A stretch of DNA of 64,000 bases from Trichoplax sp. H2 (lineage: Eukaryota). Positions 1-13,100 of the stretch are shown here, in pieces. The stretch lies in the NCBI GenBank assembly GCA_003344405.1, contig NOWV01000015.1, forward strand, positions 620,001 to 684,000, written 5' to 3'. Under the pieces are notes generated by a model that saw only the letters and a list, made by a program, of their open reading frames with translations, ran no database searches and was not told where the DNA came from. Positions within the stretch are counted from its first letter, which is position 1. Each line of letters opens with the position of its first letter. The translations under genes were made by a program, and so were the position numbers.

Positions 1-674
1 CTAATGAGTAGTAAATATTTTATCCAGTAATTAGGACTTAGCGAAATTTTTTATCAACACTGTCGGTAAAGTCTAGAATGTTTAGAACAACCAGCACTAT
101 ATCCTATTTGGATGTAGCAGTAACAATATCGAAAGATCTTGCTTCTTTTTTGGATATAATGACATAATCGTTTGTTATTCTAATATCGTCACAGAACATG
201 TTGTCTAGCTTTAATCTTTATTTTTGCCTCCATATATCTACGATTATTTTACGCTTATTTATTTTTAACGGTTACTATTCGATATCGGGATATAACAAGC
301 CCATAAACACGTTCTAATTGGAGATATTAGACGCGATGGTACGCATTTTAAGTCGTGGTCCACTTGTTTCCTGAGTTTAGAGTTGGTATTCTTGCTGTGC
401 TTTGCTGTAATTACGCTTTTCTCAGGGATTATTATAACAACTACGATTAAAGGTTTACCGATTGTACTATTAAAATAACTAGCGTCTATCCAGAGATTTT
501 GTAGTTAGTTTACAAGTATTGTATAAAGTTTAGAAAGGAATGTTTCACCACCGAGCTGTACTTAATTTCGTAATTATATAATGACAAATGTCTCATAAGT
601 TACCACAATGTTACAATCTAAGTTTACTTTACCCAATTGCACTCTCATGCTAATATAGAAAGAATTATAATTAC

Positions 675-815
675 CTTAAAGAAAAATGAATGCAGAATAG
701 ATTCACTATCTAGCCATTGAACATCCTCGTACAGAAATACTCTATTTACATAGAAAGGACCTTGCTTTTGGCCTGTAATTCTCCAGTCAAGTCTAGCTAA
801 ATAGTCAATTTTCAT
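675..815 (-). CDS. Candidate first coding exon of an unidentified minus-strand gene (MKIDYLARLDWRITGQKQGPFYVNRVFLYEDVQWLDSESILHSFFFK|GT)
   Basis: ATG at 815-813, 47 open codons, phase-0 donor AAG|GTAATT. A possible acceptor near 556 leads into a long frame (to ~275) interrupted by one TAA near 506. ATTGG and CCGGAA elements lie upstream at ~1175-1370. No family confidently recognised. Confidence 0.3.
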
Positions 816-943
816 TCAGTAAAGGGCTTTCGAACTCCGATCGCTTTCTGATAGATTCTAAGATTATTCAACCATGATCAGCAACATGCAGCGTTGTATA
901 ACATAAATCAGTTCGTGTCGCATGGGATTATCATCGGGGCTGT

Positions 944-1165
944 ATGCTAATCTTTCTGTTCTTGCACGGTTATTAGGGCTTACCGTAGCAACACCGAGAC
1001 CTGATCAATTCATTAAACTACATTTATTTACGGTAACGTATCTTCCCAAATGCTAATCTTTCTCTTCTTGCACGGTTGTTAGGGCTTACCGTAGCAATAC
1101 CGAGACATGATGATCAATTCATTAAACTACATTTATTTACCGTAACGTATCTTCCCAAATGCTAA
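944..1165. repeat. Near-perfect tandem duplication, two copies of a ~106-109 bp unit
   Basis: atgctaatctttct...cttgcacggtt.ttagggcttaccgtagcaa...tcaattcattaaactacatttatttac.gtaacgtatcttcccaaatgctaa starts at 944 and 1050; a third atgctaa lies at 1159. Confidence 0.92.
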
Positions 1166-1879
1166 GATAGCTAATTGGACGAATTAAAATTTACGATTTT
1201 GCCGATTTATTGGCTTATACTTGCGCCGGCTAAGTGCGAGTTATAGCTACAACGCCATGGATATATGTACCCGTATAGTAATTTGATTAGTGGTTTGTCT
1301 AGTTAAAACTTAAATTATTCGTAACGATTATCAAGGAATAACAGAACCCGGGAATGGAATCCGGAAATCGGATACAGTATAATACCAGATCAGCTTAACA
1401 CTATTTCAGTAATAAATAATTTAATCATCTCCTTAACCAAGTCAAAGTCTATCTTTTGAAAATTTTCGATACAAAGTTATGATTAACCCTTTGTTTCATG
1501 CAGCTCGAATGATATACGACATTTATAACTGGGAATTCCTAAGCAGTATTGTTCGATTATAGTATTGCTATGCAGAGTATTAAATAGTGAAACCCTTATT
1601 TCCGTTGAGCAATCAATCATTGAATAGTAGTTCACGTTTTTGAAGAATTCACGAAAAATTTGAAGTACAGAAATTATTTCGTTGTATTAAAATTAATAAC
1701 TAATAAATGGATCGTATGACAATCACTTCAAAATAGAAATACCTTAACATAGAATTTCACATTAAAATTGATTACATTCCAGGTGCTCGTTGAATAATTT
1801 TTATGAGCTATAAAAGCATGCTAGAAGTAAGCATTTTATATTATATTTGATCAGGGGTAATTTTATAATTTATTAACTT

Positions 1880-3830
1880 ACTTGGAAGAAAGGACTGGGT
1901 AAAATATCCGATGGCATTGCAATTAAATTTATTCTAGATCGTACAATTACAATCAGACAAGCAGCTTGTATCTATTCTCATGGATTGAAATCGTATTGAA
2001 GATAAACAACTAATATCATAGGTTAAAAATTATTCTCCACATAAAGATCCGATGGAAGGCAAATTACACTGTAGGATTCATGTTACCTATTTCCTAATTC
2101 TATGATTTAAGACCACAAAGAGGTGTTTTAAGTCAAGTTAATATCCGATTCAGGCTGGTATAGTCTGTATAATTATTATAATAGAAATATCTTCAATTAA
2201 TTCAGATCGCTGTTTACGATCCAATGACTTCAGTGTCATACCATTTATTAAAAAGCGATAGGAATACAAACACACAATCATGTTTGAATTGATTTCTAAA
2301 TCATATAATCAATTACAGCTAATTACTCAAGTAAACTTAGGCTATTTTGGGAGTAATGACTGTAGGATTTTGTAACGATAACATTTTAGAATGATAAATA
2401 TCGATAGGAAAGAAAAATATACGGAAGGAAGTTATCAAACAGCTGTGTGATGAGTATCGAGAAATAAGATCAACATTGAATTTTTTTAGTTTTGATATTC
2501 TGAATCAAATCGATAGGCAAAGTATACAATATGATACGAAGGGTGTCTAATCGAATGGATATTGAAATAACAAATTATTTAAATGGAAGAGAGATGATCT
2601 GATTAAAAGTGATTATCCCGATAGAATTACTAGGAAAGATTGTCCATTCAATGTAAATAAAAGAACAAGAGTCGCAATTTTTGATTTTGCATTTATCCAA
2701 CGTCAGCCTATAGAAATGGATTGAAATCACGTCGCCATTGGCCTATTGCAAGTTACTCTATTCTATCCAAACGTATTGAAAAAGGGAAAGAACTGTATTG
2801 AGAAGACATCAAAATGAAAATTTAAAATAACGAAGAAAAGAGAGATCCAACAAGGGAGATATTATACAGTAACTTGTATCCACTTACGGCAATAAGTCGA
2901 TATTGTCCAAAAGTGTTTTACTCTTTTCACCAATCCTCTCTCAGCCCTCTAATCAATTATTTAATATCATTAACATGATAAATAAAGTTAGACAATAGGA
3001 TCAACTAGATAATGGCGACCGTTACTTTTGTTAATAAATTCTTCTATAACAATGTTACAGATAGTACTAGCCGTTAATTGAATTGTATAGCGTCTATTTT
3101 CTAATCTCCTCCTCCTAAATCAATCCTTCCTATTCGCCTTCCATGTTATCGTCATAATAGACTTGCAATTAAACAATCGTACAGTTATAATTTTAAAAAA
3201 TATTTTGCCAGTGTCTCCTACCTGTACAAGGGTAATCTATTTTTAACAATATTCATTTATTCGCTTTATGGTCTAATGGTAGTAGGTCTTGAGTGATGTT
3301 GAGTAATTCTCCATAGTCAGACGAGTATTATCGTGAAATTCGTCGTAGAATATTGCAAATCGATTAAACTCTAATATTGTTATACCAATTATTTTAAAAG
3401 TAGATTGGAAAGTGTCTCTAACTGGTACAACATCAATCTATGTTGAATATTTTTCAATCCGTTCTATATCTGATAGTCATTGACACATCTTGGAGAATCC
3501 TCCTTAACTACTTTATAAAGATTAGGATTATCGCCTAGCGATTAGGTGGTATACAATACGACCAATCCAATTGGTTCATCATCATTATAAGGAGAGCTTT
3601 ATCAGATATTTGGAAAATAGTCTTAACTAAGATCAGGCCAATTCATTTTGAATATTTTCCAATTGATTTCAAGATCGTTATAGTCTGTCTCGAATCTAGT
3701 GTCGAAAAGTAATTGTGAATTTCCCATTTCAAGTGTACGATTATCTTCAAGATAGATAGAAATTAAGCTGGTTGACCACTCTTTGAAAAAAATAAGCGGA
3801 AGAAAAATTGACAATCCATAATCGAATCAT
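1880..3830 (-). pseudogene. Decayed leucine-rich-repeat coding remnants
   Basis: Minus-strand fragments FLPLIFFKEWSTSLISIYLEDN (ORF 3623-3814; fits LPxxxFxxxxxLxxLxLxxN), ITFNQIISLPFK* (~2613-2575), LYTLPID (~2530), ICLPSDLY (~2060), NLIAMPSDIL (~1925). Frames are broken by stops and frameshifts. Confidence 0.35.
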
Positions 3831-4178
3831 TGAATTTACAATTTTGTATTATTGCTAGCAATCGATAGAAAAGATAAAGCATTGAAGATTTGACTGAAAA
3901 CTTGGTCTTTTGTATGAGTGTCAAGAATTGAATTTCCGTTGCTATAAAATTTTAATAATGTTACTGCAAACTTAATTTAATTATTCATTCCCCACAATCG
4001 AATTTCACATACCTTTATAGTGGGCATCAACTTGATGATATCCAACAAGATTTTAAGCTGTTTTAATGGTATCACGGAAAGATTGATTGCGATTACTTAA
4101 AAGTCTTAGGATAGAATTCATCCTTCTCCTTTTTATCTACTTTGATAAAATTTTAATCGATGTTAAAACAATTAAGTT

Positions 4179-7100
4179 ATGGATGAACTACAACGTAAGG
4201 CAATCATTGATCATTGGGATCGATTAGTAGAAGAATTACCTGGTCAGGATATGATTGATTATTTAGTTGCAGATCGAATCATCGACCATGAAGAAGCCAT
4301 TAATATCGATATCTTACCAAACGAAAAAGAGAGAAATATTGAATTAATACAACACCTTTTAGCTTCAAGATCAATTCATACATATCCGTTATTTGTTAAA
4401 GCATTAAAATCCATTAATGATGTATCATCAAAGTCGTTGCTTGAATTGATTGAAGATCGCCATCATCGGTTACAGCAGAAAAAAGAATTGGAATTAAGTA
4501 AAAGATCGATGGATCATTTAATTCAAGGTAAGAAGCAATTTTTTATTTAATTTTTTTCTCATTTTTACCAACACTCCTTACAAGACTGATCCAAGTGCTA
4601 GATGTTGACTTTGATTCATAGAATATATGATATTGATTGAATATAAATGGACGATAAAGTCGAAATTTATGAGACGAAGATTAAGAACAATGTACAGTAG
4701 CTAATTCGATAAACATGATAGGATAAAAAATAGTATTTGTTATCACTTTCCAGTCTATTCATTATCCTCACTCGTACTTTTATTCTTAAAACTGGATCTT
4801 CGAAGGTAATTACTTACTAAGAGAATTTTTGTTTGCGCTAATTTTTATTTTAATTGGGCTATATCATGGTGGTAAGAAGGTCAATGTTATGCTTTGGGGT
4901 CCTTGTGAGATGTATTGAATCATGTTGAACTGGTATCTGAAGGTTTTATTATCCTTGGACACCCTTTCAATTTACTTTAAATTACTCTATTTTTAAAAGA
5001 CAGCTTCTTTTCCTTTCTCCTACTACTCTATCTCACAGTACCATCTATAAAGGGTTCTTTGACTACCACTAACATTATTTCAGTGTATAAACGTTCTTTC
5101 CACCATAATTATAGAAATCAATAGTCACGTTATTAAGGAAAATTGTAAGAATAACATTTTACTTTTACAATCTTGCTTCCTTTTCTTGCAAGTATAGGTT
5201 GATATTTCCGATCTTTAATCTATTTAAATTAAATTTTTGACAAGTTCTATAGACTTGATGTGTGTGACGTAATGCTATAATAGAGGCTTTCAATCGATAC
5301 ATTTTTAGACATGTATATTTTAACTGTTTGGATATTACATCACTAATTATTCGATCTGACATTAACTTGAACTTATTTAAACTCTTTATAGGTACTGTGA
5401 TTCCGTTTAGTAATTTTCTAGCTAGTTTATTTGTGATAAAGTGTTACAAAAATAGTGTAAATTTCTGAAAAATTTTCACCATAATATATAATTTGGTTTG
5501 TATACCTAGGGTTATGTACTTGCAGCTTAATTATCTAACAGCCTATAACACTTAGAATATTGGCAATCTAACTATTCTAGCATAGTCTCCTTACGCTAAT
5601 CTTAAAGTATATTAAGGCAGCACTACATTTTTATAGGATCTACTGTAATCTGCTTCTGGTATAGATTAATTCATTTCGTTTTCATCTGGAACGCTTCTAA
5701 TTTATCAATACAAAGTATATATTACTAACTAAAAAGACAATCAAAAATTTCGTTATTCTTTCACCATTTCTGCAATCGTCAGTCAATCACAATTCTTGAT
5801 TTATAGTACAACAGTAATAGCGACAGAGTTGCGGATAAAAGGGCGGAAGGAATCTTTAACAGCAACCGCTTAAAAACTTTAATTTTTCAACGTGCACTCT
5901 CATGTAGTTTAATAGTTACAGATTGCGTGAGAAATTTTAATGTCACCCGGTAGTAAAAATACATTTCAGCATCGAGTAGGCTGTAATAGCACCATATAAT
6001 TTATTATTAAGTAAATTAAATTGTAGAGAGAACTACTGTACGTCCAGTAAGAAATTGGACGAACGAACCTAACTGCAATGTCAGTTCTAGTAAATATCAT
6101 GCTATTCAAATTCGGTAGTCTTGTACCGTCTTGATTTTATTCCCTAATCGTTTGATAGATTTATTGATTATCTTGGAGCAGTTCAAGATATAATATTTGC
6201 ATTGGGCTTTTTCTACACATTCTAACTACTATATTATTCCATAATCTTGGGCATGGAAGAGAAATTTCAAACAAAGTTAGACAATGGTAATAACATGTCT
6301 GCAGTCAGACATGAAAAAAAGTAAAAATCAATCGCTAGATTGAAAGGTGTCATGCGCTTATAATAATTATATCCTATGGTTCATTCTTGTCTTAATAGGA
6401 TAGAATTTAATTCTATATAACAGTATTATAAGACGATTCAAACTGAATCGCTGTGTTGATTGGCATTAATGAAGGCAATACGCCTTAACTCACTTACTCT
6501 TTTCATCATAGGATGACTTAAATTGAATGGGCATATTGACCGCCATTAATGCAAGCTACACATCTTAACTTACTCATATACTGTGTTATAATGAATTTAC
6601 TTTATACCTTACTATCCTGTTTTGCAGTACCTTCTTCGGATAAAACTGACCCAGGGGATGAATTGAACTCATTGAAATATTTACATTAGCTTATTCTCAC
6701 CTTTATACCCAGTCACACTGTTTTTTGTACCTTATTTTCGAAATAGCGGTGCTAAGCAATGAGATATTCGAACTCATTTTACTATTTGAAATTGATTTAT
6801 TATCACCTTCACATCCAGCAATCCTGTTTTTATAGCACCTTAATTCCGATAAATCTATGTAATACAGTAAGATAAACGCACTTCACCATTTGAAATTGGT
6901 TTAATAATTACTACCTTTATGTCTAGCTAGCTTATAGTTATAGTCACTTGTTTTATATAGCATTGGACTAACTAATGGTTAAACTCGCTTCTCTATTTGA
7001 AATTGGTTTACTATCACCTTCATATCCAACAATTCTATTTTAGAGCACCTTCATTTCGATAAAGCTGTGCCATGCAATGAGCTAAACTCACCTCATCATT

Positions 7101-10100
7101 TGAAATTAGTTTATTGTCACCTTTACATGCAGGTAGCCTGTGTTTACGTGTACAGCACCCTAGTTTATATAAAAATTGTGCTAAGCAATGAGTTGTTTGA
7201 GCTCTTTTTATTATTTGAAATTGGTTTATTATCACCTTTAGGTCTAGCTAGCCTACATTTTATGGTGTATTATTTTTACGTATATAAATTGTACTGAGCA
7301 ATGAGTCAAACATTTTTAGCTATTTAAAATCGGTTTATTGTCACCTTTACGTCTAGCTACTCTGTTTTTATAGCACTTTAATTTCGATAAAGCTGTGCTA
7401 AGCAACGAACTGAACTCGCTTTACTATTTAAAATTGGTTCATTATCACCTTTATGTCCAGCTAGCCTGTATTCATAGCGTTTTAATTTCGATAAAGTTGT
7501 ACTACGTAAGGAGGTAAACTTATTATAATATTTGAAACTGGTTATGATCACATTTAATTCTAGCTAGCCTATATTTATAGCATCTTATTTTCGATGAAAT
7601 CTTACTAAGCAATGAGCTAAACTCATTTATTATTGAAATTGGTTTTATTGTCTTCTATAACTCTCGACTTATTACACATTTATGCGATATTGCAAGTTCT
7701 ATTAATAATTATAAGCGTTGACTAATATTGCCAATTTATATCGTATTAATGTATTGTAGATAGATTAACTGATGGATACTTTGGGTCTATTTTATTAGCT
7801 CCTAGTCTAGAGAGTGACGATCTTCCTGAATTACCACCTCATCCAGTAGTTCGTGAGAAATTAGCAAAAGATTTAGTAAAAGCTTTGTTTAGTTTAAGAG
7901 ACAAGAATGGTTGGATTGTGATTCGTGGCTCAGAGGGTTCTGGCAAGACTGTTGTCGCTAATCTAGCCGTAAGAGATGAAAGAACCATTACAGATAACTT
8001 CCCAGCAGGGTTTATTTGGTTTAAAATAGGTAATTTTTCATTTTTTCATAGATATAGTGTATTAGTTCTCGTTTTATGTCAAATAGAGGTATTTATAGCT
8101 CATGGTCAATATTCATGCGTATCTAATTATTTTAAATCAAATAGATACTGTACTTGTAGAAATTCTGACATAAAGCCAAAGTTATTCGATTATCTTAATT
8201 TGCATCATTTCTCGATTAATTATTTCAAGCAGTTTGAGATTTGAAATATCAGCTTGTGCTGTCCATATATTTGTCTATGACTAAAGTATGTATAACCTTG
8301 GCGGAGTGTCCATAATCTAACTGATTGAGTCAAGGCTAACTTACAACTACTTCAAGTCTAAGAATTGATTAATATCTAGTGCATGCTTTGTTGATATACT
8401 ATTAATTAATTAATTATTTGGCATAATTTAATATTTAATCAGCTTGTGTCGTTGGCGTATTCGTCTACACTGAAGTTTATACGAGTTCTTGTGAAGTGCT
8501 TAGGACTTACGTGATTTGAGTTAGTCTATTACTGTAAGCCTACTGATTGATCTGGTGTATAATTTGTTCGTAAAACGATTATTTATTCCATCAGTTTATA
8601 CTATTGACGTGTATCAATGAAGTGTGTAGAAGCTCTTGTAAAGAATTTATGATTTAATTGATTGAGCTAATACATAACTACTGCAAACCAAAGGATTTAT
8701 CAATATGTAGCATATTACTATTCACAGCAATTAGATGTTTTTGAGATCAGTTGACAGAAATAAACATCATAAATATTTTATACAGATTGTCGGTATTATA
8801 ATCGTCAACAATATTCTGTGTTGCCAATATACAAGAGCCTTCTATTCCTTGACTATAGTAGCAGTAAGAAATGGATCTAAAGATTAAAACTTTTTCTTTC
8901 CAGGCTGTACAGATATTAATGAACTCTTAATCAAGGTACAAGAATTTTATTTGATACTCAATCATAATGAAAAACCTCCACCTAGTACTATTGAAACCGT
9001 AATTGAAAGTATACGACTATTAATTGGTAAGTAGACAGTATTGATTGATCGATAAGCTACATATCCTATTGCATGTTCGGAATTAAGCACGTTATACTAA
9101 TCTATTTTTTGCCATGTTTTAATTCTCTGACCCTAGCTGATCAATATTATGGCATGTTACTTATATTGGATGATGTGCGCGACGGAAAAATATTAGAATA
9201 CTTCGATTTGCCCTGTACGAAATTAGTAACAACAAGAGTATCTGCAATATCATTTCAAACGACTAACTATCGCATCAATTTGAGCACAGAGGTAATTTTT
9301 AAATCGACTAGAATGATAATGTAAAGTATTAGTATTGCCAAGATAACCTTAAAGATGCAAATAAAACGTCACTTTACTTTTAACTCGCTCATAAAAATTA
9401 CTTGTACGCATGAATTTCTGATCCCCAATATTCATCAAACGTATACACATGTACTCCAATATCTACAGGATGGATATACAAATTCTGAGGCCGAGAAAGC
9501 ATTTAGTGCTTGGTTTGAAAATGATTTGACCTCTATTACTAGTGATGCAAGCAGTATTACTGAAGAACTGAAATGTGCTCCTATGGCAATAGCATTAATT
9601 GGTGGCAACATCTTGCATGATGATATACAATTTCAAAATCAGTTTAAAATGAACGGAAGCTCTCTTGAAAATGGTTATGCAACGAAATCAGTAAAATCCG
9701 CTAAAGTCGAAAAAATAAAATTTGCGTTAGGCAAAGCATTCGATACCGTCGACGTTGAGTTAGCTAGTAAATTACGGCAATTGGTTACTTTTCAAAAATG
9801 TCCAAAGATTCCATTAAATCCATTAAATGTTTTATGGCAACTTAACGATGGACAAGTAGAAAATATTATGAATCAATTAGCTAAGCAAAGTTTAGTTTTA
9901 ATTACAAAAAAACGACGAGATAAGTAAGTAAAAATTCAATTAATTCAAAGGCTAATCCTATAATCAGCGATACCCGTATTCAGTTGGACTAGTTTGTTAT
10001 TTTACTTTTGGGTGTAGGAATAAAATGAAGAAATTTTCAATTTTCGACCATACAAATGAATGATTTAATATCCTTGATTAGTCTTTTGAGGTTCGAATTG

Positions 10101-13100
10101 TAACTGACTATCTTTAACCTTTTTATTTCTACTTTTAGTCAATTACCAATCTATGAATTACATGATATAGTCATGAACTATCTAGTCGAAAAATCAACAA
10201 ACTTAATGGAAATGCATCAGTCTCTGATTCGCCAGTATGAGGATAAATTCAATGGCGATTGGTTAGCTATCATGGACGATGAGTATATGCGCGATCATTT
10301 CATCTATCATCTACTACAAGCTAAAGAATATGATAAAGTCATGTCGATTTTAACCAATTTAGAATGTTTGGAAGTAAAGTTACGAGCTACATTAATATCT
10401 AGGGTATTGAACGACTTCCTTCAATGTCGTTCGATATTAAGCAAAGAGGTAAAGATCTGCTTCAGTTTTTTATTAGACTGCAGTATTCTATGTTTTGACC
10501 ACTATTCGTCTTGCTACGAGTACGCGTATATTACTTGTTCTGATAGTATAACATTTTCAAGAGTTATTGAACCGAACGATTTAGGCTTTAATGAAAGTTT
10601 AAATCTGAATCAGTTAAATAGTTATATTTAGGAACTTTATAAATTGGCATTTTATAATTTTATCACTATATGATATTCATACTGCTGATAGAAATGGTAT
10701 TCCATAGTACTTTACTGTAGATATTTATGAATACTGATCTTTCGCCTTATAACAGGAATTAAAGATTTAAAGTTAGATCCTATAAGTTAGATCCTATAAA
10801 AGTGATATTCTAGTAATTCAGATCTCTTATTCTGTGTAGAAAGTTTATAAGTCTAAACTTGTCATCATCCTGGACACATGGCTAATTATGTATAACAGTA
10901 AATTTAAAAACTATGATTGCGTACGATTATAGCTACTAAACTGCAGTTCTGTCATGAAATCCTTCTACGCTAACAAAGTTATAAATAGCAATTAGGTGTA
11001 CTTGCTCTATTAATTATAAAATGAAGTTGAAATAGTGGTTTAAATTCATGAATTTTAACCTTTTTTGCTTGTAATTATTTATATTGGTCTAGAACTGGGA
11101 AGCGATCAGTCAATATTACCAATTTGTTATTTGTAACGGTAACATCTACAATATTAATCCTCAGCAAAGTATTATTCAAATGGCCTTGAGTAAGCTTGGC
11201 TGGCCTGATATTTACGATAAAGCGGAAAAATTGGCAAAGAGATATTGCCAGGAATCACTATATTTTAAATGGAGGTAAGATGTTATCAAAACCGCCATTA
11301 GATAAACTGTTCGTCGTCAATTCTAACAGCTATAGCCTATTTCAAACCACCTGAGTTAACTTGTGGCAATAGCAAGATTAAAAATCAGCAGCAATCCATC
11401 ATCCTATTACTTTGATCATTTGTCGTAAATTGCTTATTAATTGATCCAAGCTGAGCTTTAAAGTTAATACTACAACTTTTTCTCTATTTTTTAATCGATA
11501 GCAACAATCATCAATACGATGTTACCGATCAATCCATTTCATCTACGGAAATCCATAACGATCGAATAACATGTTGCAGATTTTCACATGATGGCAGCAA
11601 AATTGTATCATGTTGTGATGGAGGCGAAATTAAGGTTTGATAGTGTCATATTCTCAATTTATTTATACAAATTTTAATCGATTCAGTGACAATTATCCTG
11701 CGTAGAACTTTAAATTTAACTAGAGTTCTTCCATCTCATAAGGTCTGGGATAGTTTATCCTCCGCTGTATTAATTTCCATTAACTGTGGCCACAGTGATC
11801 GAATAACCCACTGTTGCTTTTCACCTAATGATAAACTCATTGCCACATCATCGTGGGATCACTCTGTAAAGGTAAATTGTTTATAATACTATAATTATTT
11901 TAAATAAGCGAACTAATGTTTAAGATTTCGTAATGAATAATACTGATGCTGTGAGAGAAAATAAATTCACTTACCGGAATTATTTACTCTGATACATTCC
12001 TATCGTAGTCTATTATAACTAATTGCTATCAACAAGAATGTTGTTTTGATCATAATCATCAGAATGATCAGAGCACTATCATTAATCATTTTCTCCGATG
12101 GCCTTATCATGGCCTGCAACGTAATTTTGTATCTAGATCGTTTTAATGATCATAGCATTTGATCGATTTCCCTAATAGCTTTATTGTAAATTATTATGGC
12201 ATCATGTTATCTAGATCATCAAAATAGCATTTTATTCATGAATTCCTTCGATGGTCATTTAAACCTAGAATATAAACTTGTAAAACTATTTATTGTAGAT
12301 TTGGGATGTCTATACCGGGAAAATTGTATTTAAATATGAGAGCCATTTATTTGCTGTTAATTGGTGTGAATTTTCCATGGACGGCGAAAAAATAGTTTCC
12401 TGTTCCGCTGACAAATTAATTAAGGTTGATATAATTGAGTGTATCATTTTAGAGTTTGCTTATATATTATTTTTATCAAACGCAACATGATTTTGCGTAA
12501 AGATGAATGTAAACATAAGAAACCATTTGCCTATTTTCTGATATTTATCGGTACCCTTTATGATTTGGTTTAGATATGGGATAGCAGAACCGGTAAAGAT
12601 CTTGTCATTTGTCGTGGCCACAGCGGTGGAGTTTTACAATGCCGTTTTTCCAAAGATGACAGAAAAGTCGTTTCTTGTTCATCTGACGAATCTTTAAAGG
12701 TAGAATTGTACTATAATGCTGCTTGTTTTGTGTAAACTTATCGCTATGCTAAATCCTGTTGATAACATAGTGAGTTAACAGCGAAAGGATATACGGTTTA
12801 ATATTAACAGAAACACCATGTAATACTGTAGATTAGTTGACGGAATTTCATAGGGATAACTCCGATATACTCTCAGGCTTCCTAACATGGATGGCTAAAG
12901 TATCGTTCTGTGTTATGAACCCTTAGAAATGATGATACAAATAGTAGAATTTGAGAGTATTCAGCAATTCCATCATGATATTTTTAGATCTCATAACATT
13001 TGGCTTTAGCACGGTGTATTTAAATTATTAGAATGATAACTGTCTAATCGTCGCAGCAGTAGAAAAATAGTCCCTAAGAACATTAATCGCTCTCTTTGGT

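Noticed and set aside
7035-7297. ORFs within Apaf-1 intron 1
   Set aside because: They lie inside the minisatellite and have no coding signature.
6670-7655. Regularly spaced repeats as a possible CRISPR array
   Set aside because: The whole unit is repeated and degenerate, with no unique spacers or cas genes, in a eukaryotic intron.
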